Shown one piece after another: positions 1 through 12,960 of a DNA stretch of 40,410 nt. Where the stretch lies: contig NC_068982.1 in NCBI RefSeq assembly GCF_001194135.2, positions 29,001,501 through 29,041,910 on the forward strand. The letters run 5' to 3'. Source of the stretch: Octopus bimaculoides. Lineage: Eukaryota. The notes under the pieces were generated by a model. That model had not been told where the DNA came from and ran no database searches. It was given only the letters and a program-made list of their open reading frames with translations. A program made the translations under genes and the position numbers. Numbering within the stretch: position 1 is the stretch's first letter; each line of letters begins with the position of its first letter.

Positions 1-55
<55 letters not shown>

Positions 56-128
56 ATATATATGTATATATATGTGTATGTATATATATATATATTTATA
101 TATGTATGTGTGTATGTGTCTGTGTGCA

Positions 129-165
<37 letters not shown>

Positions 166-177
166 GTGTGTGCGTGT
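1..177. repeat. Compound (TA)n/(TG)n microsatellite
   Basis: Directly visible. Confidence 0.97.
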
Positions 178-2783
178 TTTATTTCAAATCTGTGATCTGA
201 ATGACACAAATCTCTGATTATAAAATCATAAAAATGTAGACATCAGTAGTTTTTCCCCTTAACTTCACAACCATGAGAAACCATGTTTTGTTTTATGTTT
301 GCCATCGAATAACCAGTCTTTAATTTCCCATGTCATTATTTCTAATTTCGGCTGGGTTAATTTAATACCAAATCGAGTGGATGGCTATATTCGCAATCTT
401 AAAACCCAATATCATTTCTCCAAATAATCTTATCCCATTTCCCTCTCTATTTGTACTCTATGAAATTCATCTAAGTTTTAATCAGACTAGTTTTTTGAGA
501 ATAATTATATTATGCCCTAAGTATATTTTTTGTCTTCCTGGTTTGAATTTTCATTCATAACCCGTGTTAAATCTCTAATATAATACATGAGGGCATGTGC
601 TAGTATTGAATTAGAAGTAGCCAATACATCGTGATGCTTCTAGAACGTCATTTTCATTAATTCCATGATTGTTTTATTCTTTCAAGTTTAATTTAAATGC
701 AAACAGACGATTATTTTTATTTCAGAGAAACATTAAAAAATTTCCATTATCAGTAGTTTACTGTTATTTTAATTATCAATCATTTAAATCAATTAATTTT
801 TCATCTCATGATGCACACCTGCACTATATTACGATATACTGTCAATACTATAAATTTATACAAAGGAATAAGTTTACCCTATTTCCCAGTTACATTATGA
901 TTTTATATTAGCAAAATCAATTGTTTAGAAACACTAAGGTAATTCCTGTCATCTCTCTCCACACCAAACTTATCTCTCTTTATTCAAATCTTAGGTGTAG
1001 GGTACAGTTGGCATGCAACACAGTTATATTAATGCTTGAAATTTTACATTCAAAATATTGTTATATATGAAACGGTTGCATGAGGTAACTGGGAAGATAG
1101 ACTAATAACCTCCAAAGGAATGGACAGAAATAAAGTAAAATAAGACTGTGAAGGGTGATGAGGAAATGAAAGCAAAATTATAGAATATATGTGTGTATGT
1201 TGTAGAAAGAGAAACATATAGAACGATAAAAATTAATAGGAAGTTCTGTTGATAATTTATTAAGGCGGAAGAAGGTAAGGCCAAAGAAATATAAAAGTGT
1301 TTGATTTGTTTGATGCAAAATCAAAAATATATAACCTAAGATAAGAATTTTGAAATAGAATCATGAGTTCTTATATTCAATAGGAATGTTGGCGGGTTGG
1401 TCATAAGAAGCAGTACTTCCTTCAAATTATAATGGTCAATCCTAGATGTTATCAAAATGAATGTACCCATGATCAGTCCAACGCAGTATATCACGCTCTG
1501 CAATAAACACATTGATTCAGAGTCGAGTTTCCTGTTTTTTTAGTTTGCTTTTTTTTTATGTTTTCCGTACATTAATTGCAAAATGTCAACAAAGACACAG
1601 TCTACTCCTGGAGGATTCGCACTCTCTATGTAACGTGAGTAACTGGGGAATTTGTCCGTTATCAAGTCTTTTAATCCACCACACCTGAAATATTAAACTA
1701 AATATACATTTAATATAAGGTCTAACGCCATCTTGATACTCTGAAATATCTCAAATATACATCTTTAAGATGATTGTCTTACTCCAGTTGAACAAATAAT
1801 ATTTTAATGAATTTTCTTTGCATACATTTTCTATGCAATTATTTAACTTCGCAGATATATGGTCCTCAATATTTAATGAAAATTTCATCTCTTTCAGCTT
1901 ACATACCTTGTTTTATTTTACTAAATTTTCTTGTAGCATTGTTTACAAGTGACGTTTCAATTTCTGAATTATCTATTGTTTTTTCTACTCATGGAATTCA
2001 TGTTATTGTATTGTGTTATATATTTATGTTATTGTAATTGTTGTTTATTATATTGTAAATGTACTTAATACATATGTGTGTTGTCATCTTGTAATAATTG
2101 TTATTTTGTACGTTTTGTGGTTTTGCCTCCCGCGCTATTATTGCTATTTGACACCCGCGACCCCTTTGCTTATTGATCATTAAAAAAAAAAAAAACATTG
2201 CAGAAAAGCTAAATATGCAACAACTGACCCACAAATAGTAATAATTATTATACCAAACACAACCACAGAACACAAACACACACACGCACGCACATACTCG
2301 CGCGCGCGCGTACATACGTACATTCACACACATTCACTTAACATATACATAAACTCATACATGCAAATGCTAGCAAGCTTCAAATGACAAGATGATTTAG
2401 ATAACTATTCATGTAATTTCATATGTAATATGCACATGTAAATATATATAAAATATCAAAATATTTATTTGTGATACTATATACATACAAATACATTGAT
2501 ACACAAACACACATGTACGTAAACACACATACACCTACGAATATATGGCCATCATATTTTGTGAGCAACACATATTTACATGCATGGAGTATAAGAATTC
2601 GGATGTGCATGTATCACTACAGGTAATTATGTAAATATGCGTCAAAGCATATTGATAGCGAGTTAAGCAAAAACTAAGCAATTCCAAAGATGCGTGCACA
2701 CTTGCGTCTTAAGTTTATACATATATACAATGGACTATACAGATGTTGCTAAAATTTGTATCGCGCTTGTTTGTATTTTTCAG

Positions 2784-2831
2784 AAATAACCAAGGTCCAC
2801 TGTCTCGAGTGGACAGGCAACCATCAAGAGA
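2784..2831 (+). CDS. Candidate 48-nt symmetric microexon of the ADAMTSL gene (unconfirmed)
   Basis: Acceptor cttgtttgtatttttcag and donor gtatgt. The exon is open in phase 2 (NNQGPLSRVDRQPSR), the phase required by the exon at 8442. There is no recognisable homology. Confidence 0.3.
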
Positions 2832-5321
2832 GTATGTGTGTCTCTTTATTGTGACTAAATTCATACTTCTGTTTTGTCATGTCATGATAAAATAGGGCTT
2901 CCTAACAACCATGTCCCTTGCAAAAAGCTAAAGGAATACGTCTACTCTTTGAAACGACAATTTCCATCTGCTTCGCGCTTAACATTGCATGTTATAATAA
3001 GTTGAAGGAAAGACTGCAATTGAAGTAAAGCATAATTGTTAATACTAAGTATAACAGATTATTCTTGAACTTTTAACTAAATGGTTCTGTTATTTACAAA
3101 CAAAATCCTTTTCTTTTCAACACAACTATATTTCAAAGTGTAACACTAATTCTCCTTTCAAATGTAACACAGAAATTATTGTTTATGTCATGAATGTAAA
3201 TAACACTATTCCTATCTTTCTACAATACTTCAATCCTAACCTTTTTTTTTAATATAATTATTCAATATATCGTTCAAAGCATAACATTTCTTACTTATTT
3301 TCTCTTTACGTATAACAAATATGCCTTCTTGAGATTATCATTAATATATTTGTTTAAATGATAAATAACATAACCTTTTTAATGTGATGTGTCATGTAAT
3401 ATATATTTTAAGATATATCGATAATTTGCTTATTGGTTCAACACGAAATTTCTACTTTTCTGTATGAGAAAATTATTTATACATAACCCTATCATTAATC
3501 GTTAAAAGCGATAATTCCATTTCTCACACTTTCTTGTTTTTTTTTAATTCAAATTTAAATATAAAATAGATGTAGACTAATGTATCATCGAATAATTTAT
3601 TGATAAGAAATTACCACACATCATCACTTCCTTAACTGCGGCTTTAATAATTTCATTCATTTCCTTACCTTGTCATGGACAGTTCATTTGTCTCTTGTAA
3701 ATTGTCACGTAAATCATACAGATTCAGTTGAATTATAAAGTTAGAAATAAACAATCGTTGATCATGTTAAATTCCATTAAACAACTGTTTCGGAAGGACT
3801 GAATAGTTTAATAAGATGATAATGTTAATAATCACATAAATAATCGCATTGTCTGTATTATTTACCCTTGAGTTTAGCCAAAATTAATTTCATTAAAAAG
3901 TAGTTGAAAATTTTCAAAAAGTAGGGATTATGTTAGAAGGTAGCCCAAAACCAAAACCTTGGTTGTAAATTAAGAATATATAAAAGAGGAATTGCTTTTT
4001 CATCGGTTCTAAGATAATTAGTTGATTATATGATATTCAGTAGGATTCTTACCTTTAAATATTAACAAGCTCAAGTATCATGCCGCCATGAAAAGTAGCT
4101 CAATCAACAACGTGCAGCCCAAACTGCCAATCAACCTTGTCGATCAACAGTTTGACAGTGAAAGCAGATATAGAAGAATAAATAGAATTTCGGTGTGAAA
4201 TGTCAAACTTTTCCTAAGTGATTGACGTCCAGAATAATATCACGAATAATTATGCAATATCTGCAAGTTTGTAAGAGATAAGACTCAAATCTTTATGATT
4301 TATTTTATTCAATCACTGCAAAAAGAGAATTCGCAATGCAACCTTTTTCGAGACTTTTGAATATCTATTAATGATTTCTGGCATGGACACAAGTCTGCAA
4401 ATTTTGACAGAGAATTATAGTTGGGCTTAGAGCATGTCATATATTTTATTTTATTGACTTCAGAATGATAAGTAGCAAAGTTAATTTCGGCTAGATTTAA
4501 TCACAGAACTTAAAAGAATGTAACGAAATACTGAGAAGAACTTTGTCGTCTCTCTTTTTACAGACTCTTAAAGATCAGTCTTCGGGTTAACCTTCTTCGT
4601 GATTAACAGAAAAAGTGATTAACAGTCTATAATCATCTAAAGTCTTTCGAGTGGCTTACAATAATGCAAATAAGAAATCTAATTTCACTTCTCGCAAAAT
4701 TACTGGGAAAGTATCTACGATTGTTCACGTTTTAGACATATTTTTATTAGACACAATGAAGTAACAATTAGAGACAATTTAAGACAGTCGGTGGTTTCAA
4801 GCGTATCAATTTTCAGTCTCAAGTTGGCTTCTTACTAATGTTTGATATATTACATAGAAATTTTTAGAAATTAATTTACTCATAATATATTTTCATACTG
4901 TAAAGTTAGTACACGTATATTATTTTTACGTTACAGAGATAGAGCACAAATGATTTCCATCTAATGAATTTAATGCTTCATTTTCCAAATTACATCCTTT
5001 ATCAATTTTATTGCTTTTCTTCACTTGTTGAATTTTCTTTCCTTCTCCTTTTCTTTTCTTTCTTCACAGCGGTTTTCGATCAGTCATCTGAATTTCATAA
5101 TAGCTATACTGAATTGCCTATTTCACGGCTATTTATATCTGCTATACCAAATACACACACACACCTTTATACATAACCTTCTATTCCATATATATATATA
5201 TACTCGGTAATAGCTATTCCTTCATTTCTAAGTATTTTTCTTCTTTCCGTTTCTTCTATGACATGTTGGTGTTTCTGGCGACTAGGAAGTCCAACTTTTA
5301 TATATATATATATATATATAT

Positions 5322-5411
5322 NNNNNNNNNNNNNNNNNNNNNNNNNNNNNNNNNNNNNNNNNNNNNNNNNNNNNNNNNNNNNNNNNNNNNNNNNNNNNNN
5401 NNNNNNNNNNN
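5322..5411. other. Assembly gap (90 N)
   Basis: N run flanked by (TA)n. Confidence 0.99.
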
Positions 5412-5427
5412 GACGCTCTTCCGATCT
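5412..5427 (+). other. Illumina adapter remnant (assembly artefact)
   Basis: GACGCTCTTCCGATCT is identical to the 3' end of the TruSeq universal adapter/Read 1 primer and sits exactly at the edge of an N-gap. Confidence 0.9.
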
Positions 5428-7906
5428 TATATATATATATACATACATCACATTACATTACATTGCGCGTAAACACACACACCACACGTATATAATGATC
5501 TCATTTAAATACACTAATGCTAGACACATTTCACGCTTTCTTCTATTGGTAAATGTCTTTACTAACATTGTATCATATTCCAGCTGCTCTAGCACCAAAA
5601 TGATGCTAAGCTTGAAGCATTAACTGTTTTGTTCTTTAATACCTCAGTATTGTTGTTATGGACATCGTCAACATTTGTTTTATGTTAATGTTACTGTTAA
5701 TGTTGTTGTTGTTGTTGTTACTGTTTCATTATCTGCTCTCAACCTTGTTTGCAGCATTAACTTAATGGAATCATGCAACTATTATTTGGTATACACAGTT
5801 GCTCATACAATGTGAATTATATTCATTGTTATATGAGACAAATATGAACAAATAGGCATGAAATGTTGATATCCCTAAATAACTATTACGTATAAAACTC
5901 TGAGTATCAAATGGCTCAAAACAGATATAGTCACGAAATAAGAGTATGAAAGTAATGATACTAACTGTTTTATGTTTATATAGACATGTACAGATGAACG
6001 TTTATACTTAAATACATATACACGTAGAGATGGGTATCTGTACTTAAATACTTATGTGTATACATATTTAAAATTGTATATGCAAAATATATGAGTTTAT
6101 AGTAAGTTCATGTGTACTGTTTATTCTCAATATCTCTCTATACGCTAGTCTTTTAATAAGATTAGACACCATCGATGCACGTAATCAGTATGCATATGCA
6201 TAAACGTCGAAATACCTTCTCAAAAAAACACATTATTATTAATATATTTTGTACATGCACGAATATGTTAATACTTACCCGCATTGTGTATAAATATATG
6301 GATACAAACATGCAATTGTATGTAAATGTCATTGCTTAACCTTTATTATGATTAGTGTTAATTTTACAAGTTAATTGTTATCAATTATTTCATAGATATC
6401 AAAATATGAGATGTAGAATACAAATGTAATAGTTTACATTTTTACCGTTTGTATTCTTTTCCTTTTTTGATGAGGTCATAATTATTATTGTGAATATAAA
6501 TAAATTTTAGTTGAGTGTTCATTCCAGCTTAGCATTTTCCAAATTACCTTTGAACCATTGCCACGAATGCCATAGAGTAAGATGATGTTGTCAAACATAA
6601 TATAGGCTACCGTTCGAATTCATTGAGGTATTTAAAAATGTTTATGAAGGAAAAACTTTTGCTTGGTTGTTTTTCATTCTCTTTAATATGTGGCAAGAAT
6701 CAACTAATACAGAACCGTTCCTGTAAGTAACAAAATATTCTAGACACAAGTATCATTCCGCAATTGAAAAGGCAACTTTTCTCGCCTTTTTCCTTTTTTA
6801 CAATTCATCATCTTTTTAGAAGCAAATATTGCATATAGCCAGCTTATAAAATATATAGAGTCAGATCTCTTATCTAATGCTTACAGTTTCAGTTATTATC
6901 TCTCTAGTTAATATATTTGCTTCAATTTCCGAAGTGGTCCACGTAAGAGAGACTACGATATATTGCTACAGCATCCCTTTGAAACAGTACTCGCAAACAT
7001 TACTCTTAGATGCTTTATAGTTACTGCTGAATTTCCTTGCTACTAGTTCTTTGTACAGCGTATAGATTTCTAGAGTGCATGATATATAGTAACTCTCTGA
7101 TAATCAGGTCTCGGTCAATTACAATACTTCATTGGTGATTGACTCTGTTGGTAAAACTTTTGGAGCTGAAGAGTCCGGTCCTCTTAAATAAATATTCATT
7201 GTGTGGATATAACAAGGTCAGTGGTAAGTAAATTGTTAGATTTTTTTACGAGGTCACAACTTATTCTAAACTTACATCACACCACCGTATAACAAAATCA
7301 GTTACGTGAAATAAAATATAAATCTCAGTTAATTTTAATGTAGGCGATTCACTAAAAATGTTTTCATGAACTACAGCTGTATCGAGCTGTCGTATATCTT
7401 TAGTTTATTGTATATTTTCAGCTCCATATAAGTAACAAACGAAGACTGAAATATTGATTATTAACTACATACGTCATTTTATATAATTGACTTTAATTAC
7501 ACCAATTCCAAGTCACAGAAATACACATGGCCTTTACTCTATTTGTATGTACCGAACCTTTGCCAAGAAATGATAAAAGTTATTCATTCTAGGAAATGAA
7601 AAAAATAACAATTCTTATGCAGATTTCCTATTCGAATTCTGTAAAGTCAACAAATATAAGGGGAGGGGGAAATATATAATATAAATATTGACATGAGAAA
7701 TTAAAAGTAATTCGTACTAGAATCGATGCTCAACTCTGTTGCTCCGAGCAAGTCGAACGTCAATTCCCAGCGGTTAACTATCAATTGCTTTATGGAATAT
7801 TCCACTTTCTCTATCTCTCAATGAGTCCTGCCAAGTTGCCAATTAAGTGGTAATCTAGCGATTTGTAATAAATAGATTCGATCCGTTTTACCACCCCCAA
7901 CGCACA

Positions 7907-7947
<41 letters not shown>

Positions 7948-8254
7948 NNNNNNNNNNNNNNNNNNNNNNNNNNNNNNNNNNNNNNNNNNNNNNNNNNNNN
8001 NNNNNNNNNNNNNNNNNNNNNNNNNNNNNNNNNNNNNNNNNNNNNNNNNNNNNNNNNNNNNNNNNNNNNNNNNNNNNNNNNNNNNNNNNNNNNNNNNNNN
8101 NNNNNNNNNNNNNNNNNNNNNNNNNNNNNNNNNNNNNNNNNNNNNNNNNNNNNNNNNNNNNNNNNNNNNNNNNNNNNNNNNNNNNNNNNNNNNNNNNNNN
8201 NNNNNNNNNNNNNNNNNNNNNNNNNNNNNNNNNNNNNNNNNNNNNNNNNNNNNN
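7948..8254. other. Assembly gap (307 N)
   Basis: N run after (CA)n. Confidence 0.99.
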
Positions 8255-8318
8255 GAAGTTTCAAAATGCTTCGTTCTCTCCCTCTCTCTCTGTGTATATG
8301 TATGTGTATGTATGTGTG

Positions 8319-8381
<63 letters not shown>

Positions 8382-8441
8382 CATAATCACACTTCCATAC
8401 AAAACGAACAAATTTTTTCAAAATCTTCTCACTATTTCTAG

Positions 8442-8643
8442 ATGGAAAATTGGTAAGTTCGGTCCGTGCACTTCGGAATGCGGCGGAGGGATGCAATATC
8501 GACGTGTCGAGTGTGTTCAGGGAAATCAAGAAATCAGCAGAGTCGTCGACAATAATCTATGTCCCTTACCACATCCAGCCAGTGAGCAGACGTGCAACAA
8601 TCATAAGTGTGGATCTTTGTGGTCCGTTGGTCTCTGGAGCCCA
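8442..8643 (+). CDS. ADAMTSL1/3: ADAMTS-like (punctin/MADD-4 type) internal exon: one TSP1 repeat plus the start of the next
   Basis: Acceptor tttctag ends at 8441 and donor gtaagt starts at 8644. The exon enters in phase 2 and exits in phase 0. Translation WKIGKFGPCTSECGGGMQYRRVEC...CNNHKCGSLWSVGLWSP has ADAMTS-type TSP1 Trp/Cys spacing. Confidence 0.93.
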
Positions 8644-8822
8644 GTAAGTCGTTTATATATTCGTGTAGTTTTTATTTATTTATTACATTTCGTATCTATT
8701 TTTCTTTTGTTTTATTGTTTGTGATACAGTAATACTAGAGATACAGTAAGACTAGAGCGAATATCTTTTAAATAATTCTTACATTATTTACTGCTTCTGT
8801 AAAATGAAATAAAATGAGGATG

Positions 8823-9015
8823 ATTCAAAAATTATTTTGGCACGAGACCAGCAAGTTCGGAGTAAGTCGATTAAATCGACTCCAGCACTGAACTGGTACT
8901 TATTTTATCGACCCTACAATAATGAAAGACAAATTCCACCACAGTGGAATTTGAACTCAGAACGTAAAGACGTACGAAATGCCGGTAAGCATATTGCCCG
9001 GCATGCTAATGATTG
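8823..9015 (-). mobile_element. tRNA-headed SINE, family 1, diverged
   Basis: Reverse-complement match to the copies at 34388-35313: B-box GAGTTCAAATTC, AAGTACCAGT core and GTCGAT-n3-ATCGAC hairpin. Confidence 0.85.
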
Positions 9016-9058
9016 CGATTATTTACACATAATATCTACTACTTTCACGCAGACGAAG

Positions 9059-9062
9059 TACT

Positions 9063-9134
<72 letters not shown>
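9059..9134. repeat. Compound (CTA)n-(CTG)n trinucleotide microsatellite
   Basis: Directly visible. Confidence 0.95.
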
Positions 9135-9135
<1 letters not shown>

Positions 9136-9391
9136 ACCGACGTTTTACACCTTTGCGGTTGTAATTTCTATGGGCTAAATAATATTTACTGGTCTCCACT
9201 TTAAGTATGGTGACCTATACGTAATTTTATGTTGTTTAATTTTAACTGTACTACATAGAATCACGCAAACTTGTGTGTATGTAAATATATATGTGTGTGT
9301 GTGTGTGTCTGTGTTTATGTGTATATATGTATATAATGTGTATACATATATATGTGCGTGCGTGTATATATATATATATATATATATATAT

Positions 9392-10294
9392 NNNNNNNNN
9401 NNNNNNNNNNNNNNNNNNNNNNNNNNNNNNNNNNNNNNNNNNNNNNNNNNNNNNNNNNNNNNNNNNNNNNNNNNNNNNNNNNNNNNNNNNNNNNNNNNNN
9501 NNNNNNNNNNNNNNNNNNNNNNNNNNNNNNNNNNNNNNNNNNNNNNNNNNNNNNNNNNNNNNNNNNNNNNNNNNNNNNNNNNNNNNNNNNNNNNNNNNNN
9601 NNNNNNNNNNNNNNNNNNNNNNNNNNNNNNNNNNNNNNNNNNNNNNNNNNNNNNNNNNNNNNNNNNNNNNNNNNNNNNNNNNNNNNNNNNNNNNNNNNNN
9701 NNNNNNNNNNNNNNNNNNNNNNNNNNNNNNNNNNNNNNNNNNNNNNNNNNNNNNNNNNNNNNNNNNNNNNNNNNNNNNNNNNNNNNNNNNNNNNNNNNNN
9801 NNNNNNNNNNNNNNNNNNNNNNNNNNNNNNNNNNNNNNNNNNNNNNNNNNNNNNNNNNNNNNNNNNNNNNNNNNNNNNNNNNNNNNNNNNNNNNNNNNNN
9901 NNNNNNNNNNNNNNNNNNNNNNNNNNNNNNNNNNNNNNNNNNNNNNNNNNNNNNNNNNNNNNNNNNNNNNNNNNNNNNNNNNNNNNNNNNNNNNNNNNNN
10001 NNNNNNNNNNNNNNNNNNNNNNNNNNNNNNNNNNNNNNNNNNNNNNNNNNNNNNNNNNNNNNNNNNNNNNNNNNNNNNNNNNNNNNNNNNNNNNNNNNNN
10101 NNNNNNNNNNNNNNNNNNNNNNNNNNNNNNNNNNNNNNNNNNNNNNNNNNNNNNNNNNNNNNNNNNNNNNNNNNNNNNNNNNNNNNNNNNNNNNNNNNNN
10201 NNNNNNNNNNNNNNNNNNNNNNNNNNNNNNNNNNNNNNNNNNNNNNNNNNNNNNNNNNNNNNNNNNNNNNNNNNNNNNNNNNNNNNNNNNNNNN
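9392..10294. other. Assembly gap (903 N)
   Basis: N run flanked by (TA)n. Confidence 0.99.
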
Positions 10295-12138
10295 ATATAT
10301 ATATATATATATATATACACGATATGCTGCTCCACAAGATTATGCTACATCGTTTCCATTATTCAACTGTATATGCCTCACATGATTCACCAGATTAGTC
10401 GACAGCTTGTTTAGCCAAGCTTTTTTTTTTTTGCCATCAGTGTGCTATATTATGAAATAAAATCTATTAAGAACATTTGTGAGCAGCCGTAAACTTCACA
10501 AATATATTTCGTAAGCAGAAAGTATAATAAGTTTCCAGTCATTAATGAAAGTAGGACAGGATGTGATTATATTCCTCTTTCACGATCTATTTCTTCTCAT
10601 AAATATACATATTTAAGTCACTTAATGACTAGAGAAGGAATGCTGTCGATCTTTGAGGAATTTTGGAGTTGTGAAGGAGTTAGAAATATGATCAGGTTCT
10701 AAAAGGCTTTTATCCATTCTATCACAGAAAAGGAAAACAAGTAACAAATTCTTTAAGTATTACCATATCTACCATTTACTGTTCAGAAAATCTTAATGAA
10801 GCCTGCCATTGTAAGATTGTTAAACATTGTTATTTATTTAGAGTCCACATAGCAAATTAGTCTTCAGGTTCGTTCAAATATAAAACGATAATTTTCGATT
10901 CACTTTTACTGAAATCAAAATCTATTCCCTCTATAGCATAACAACAGAACAATCTTTTGTTAGGAAGAACGGTCATCATGAACATTATCGTTGTCGTAAT
11001 CATCGTCATCATTTGACAGTTGTTTACCATTTGATACAAGATATTTATCATAAAGTAATTATAAATGGTAACTTTAATAATTATGTACGATTAGTATAGT
11101 ATTTACTTCAATAAATACGTTGCTAAGTTGCTACATCTTTTGATAATGCCATGTCATTTTAAGACTGTGTGAACACACACACACACATACAATGAGTTTT
11201 TCTCATTGCTATATGAAACTCAGAGAACTTAGTTTATTCTGGAGCATACTGGACAATTCGGGTGAAATACTAGCTTCCAGATTAAAGAAGCACTAATATA
11301 AAGATCATTGCATTCGCTTTACCTGTGTTATACAGGGCTACATTATTCTGTTTCCTTCCGTTTTTCAAGAGAGTAAAGGTAATGGTAAAGGTACACTGTA
11401 ATTTGAGTGATATTCAGTTACTATTTTTAGCATATCTGTAGACCACATTGAGACTCCTTCAGTGTTTTGTATAAAGATACTTGCAACAGTTTGTTATTAG
11501 CAAGAATTTCTTGATAAATTTGAACACCCTTAAATGTTGTAGGGAAAAGTATACTTTGAGTTCAAGCATATTCTTTTCTGAAGAAAATTGAACTAAGAAA
11601 TTTACCTCTGTACTACAGTGCCCCATGCATTTTTTGAATAGTTATTTCTTCCAATGAGGCAAAAAGTTTTTTAAAAAGTGAAATAGGAATTTGTGCTAGT
11701 AATGCATTTCCTACGGACATCAAAGGTGTAATTATAAGATACAGTCCTAAAGCAAAGGTCGCGACGATACTACAAACTCGGCTTACAGAGACTTTAGCAT
11801 TGCTTACATTGTTCGCCACCTTATTTAACAATTGGAAATATTGTAGACGAGTAATTCAATATGAGATTTGAATCCATAATCTTTCAAAAAATCTTTTAAA
11901 TATTTTATTCATATTTAAAACTCAACTACTTAGATATGTAGTATAATAGTTTTTTTTATAAATATATAGCCTACATTGAATTGATTTGAATAAGTATGGA
12001 TAAATGCATTTCTTTTAAATGTGACGAAATGAAAACATTTATTTATTGTATATGTATAGCTTTAAATGTATTTTTCTTGTTTTTGCAATTTATAGGTAAT
12101 TTAATATATCTTTTTCTTTCTCATTTTTCAATTCTTAG

Positions 12139-12960
12139 TGTTCTGCAAGTTGCGGTCCAGGACAAATGAAACGAAGTGTGGTATGCACAACTAAATTGTC
12201 AGATGGTCGTCATTTACCTATAAAGGAACATATGTGTAGATCGAACAAACCAGAAACTACAAAACCTTGTTATACGAAGGCGTGCAAAGTTGATGCTAAA
12301 TATATTCCCTTAATTCGCTCAGAAAATCTTACCTTTATTCAATTAAAGCAAGTTCCATCTATAAACGTAAGAGTCGGATCGAACGCTATCATTATTCCAA
12401 AGACGCGAGTTACAATAAGATGTCCAGTAAAAAACTTCCCACCACATATAGTTAACTGGAAAAAGAACGACTATATTTTACCATTATATGGTCGTGTACG
12501 TAAATCTATGAAAGGAGCTTTGAAAATTCGTTATGCGATAGCAGAAAGAGATGCAGGAATTTACACATGTTTTGCAGGTTCTCTACAAGCCAACTCTTCA
12601 ATTCAGTTCCAGACGTTGAAGAAAGCTCAAAAAATCGCTTCAGCTTTTAACTCCGCCGATGACGATTTACAGACCAATGTGAAGAAAAATTACAAAATGT
12701 CTCCTGGAATCATAGCTGATGCGAGTGGAACTCGGCGCAAAAAAGTTCAGTTTTTGACCAAAAAATGGTCTCCTTGTACCGTTTCATGTGGCTCTGGTAC
12801 ACAGATGAGAGAGGTGGACTGTGCAATAAAAACTGATAGTTATTTAAAGTTGTACCCAGATTCGGAATGTTTGAGAGCTGGTTTACAGAAACCTGGAACG
12901 GTTCAAAAATGTGTAGAAATGCATCAATGTCCAACATGGAGAATTGATAAATGGACAAAT
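12139..12960 (+). CDS. ADAMTSL1/3: ADAMTS-like exon (822 nt): TSP1, Ig-like domain, linker, TSP1, start of next TSP1
   Basis: Acceptor ttcttag ends at 12138 and donor gtgagt starts at 12961, phase 0-0. It continues WSP|CSASCGPGQMKRSVVC. The Ig segment (VGSNAIIIPKTRVTIRCP...VNWKK...LKI...DAGIYTC) resembles the first Ig domain of vertebrate ADAMTSL1/3. It is followed by WSPCTVSCGSG. Confidence 0.96.

Noticed and set aside
2299-2310. (CG)6 tract as a Z-DNA element
   Set aside because: It is short and embedded in a CA/CG microsatellite mosaic, with no other support.
7818-10414. Long ORFs (150-386 aa) in the supplied track
   Set aside because: They run through N-gaps and dinucleotide repeats (YIYI, CVCV, HTHT). 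Only the TSP1 segment at 8442-8643 is real.
11613-11831. 72-aa minus-strand ORF, with an open frame on the plus strand too
   Set aside because: No recognisable motif, and the length is compatible with chance.
12730-12745. TRRKK as a furin cleavage site in the Ig-TSP1 linker
   Set aside because: It does not fit R-X-K/R-R; it is only a basic patch.
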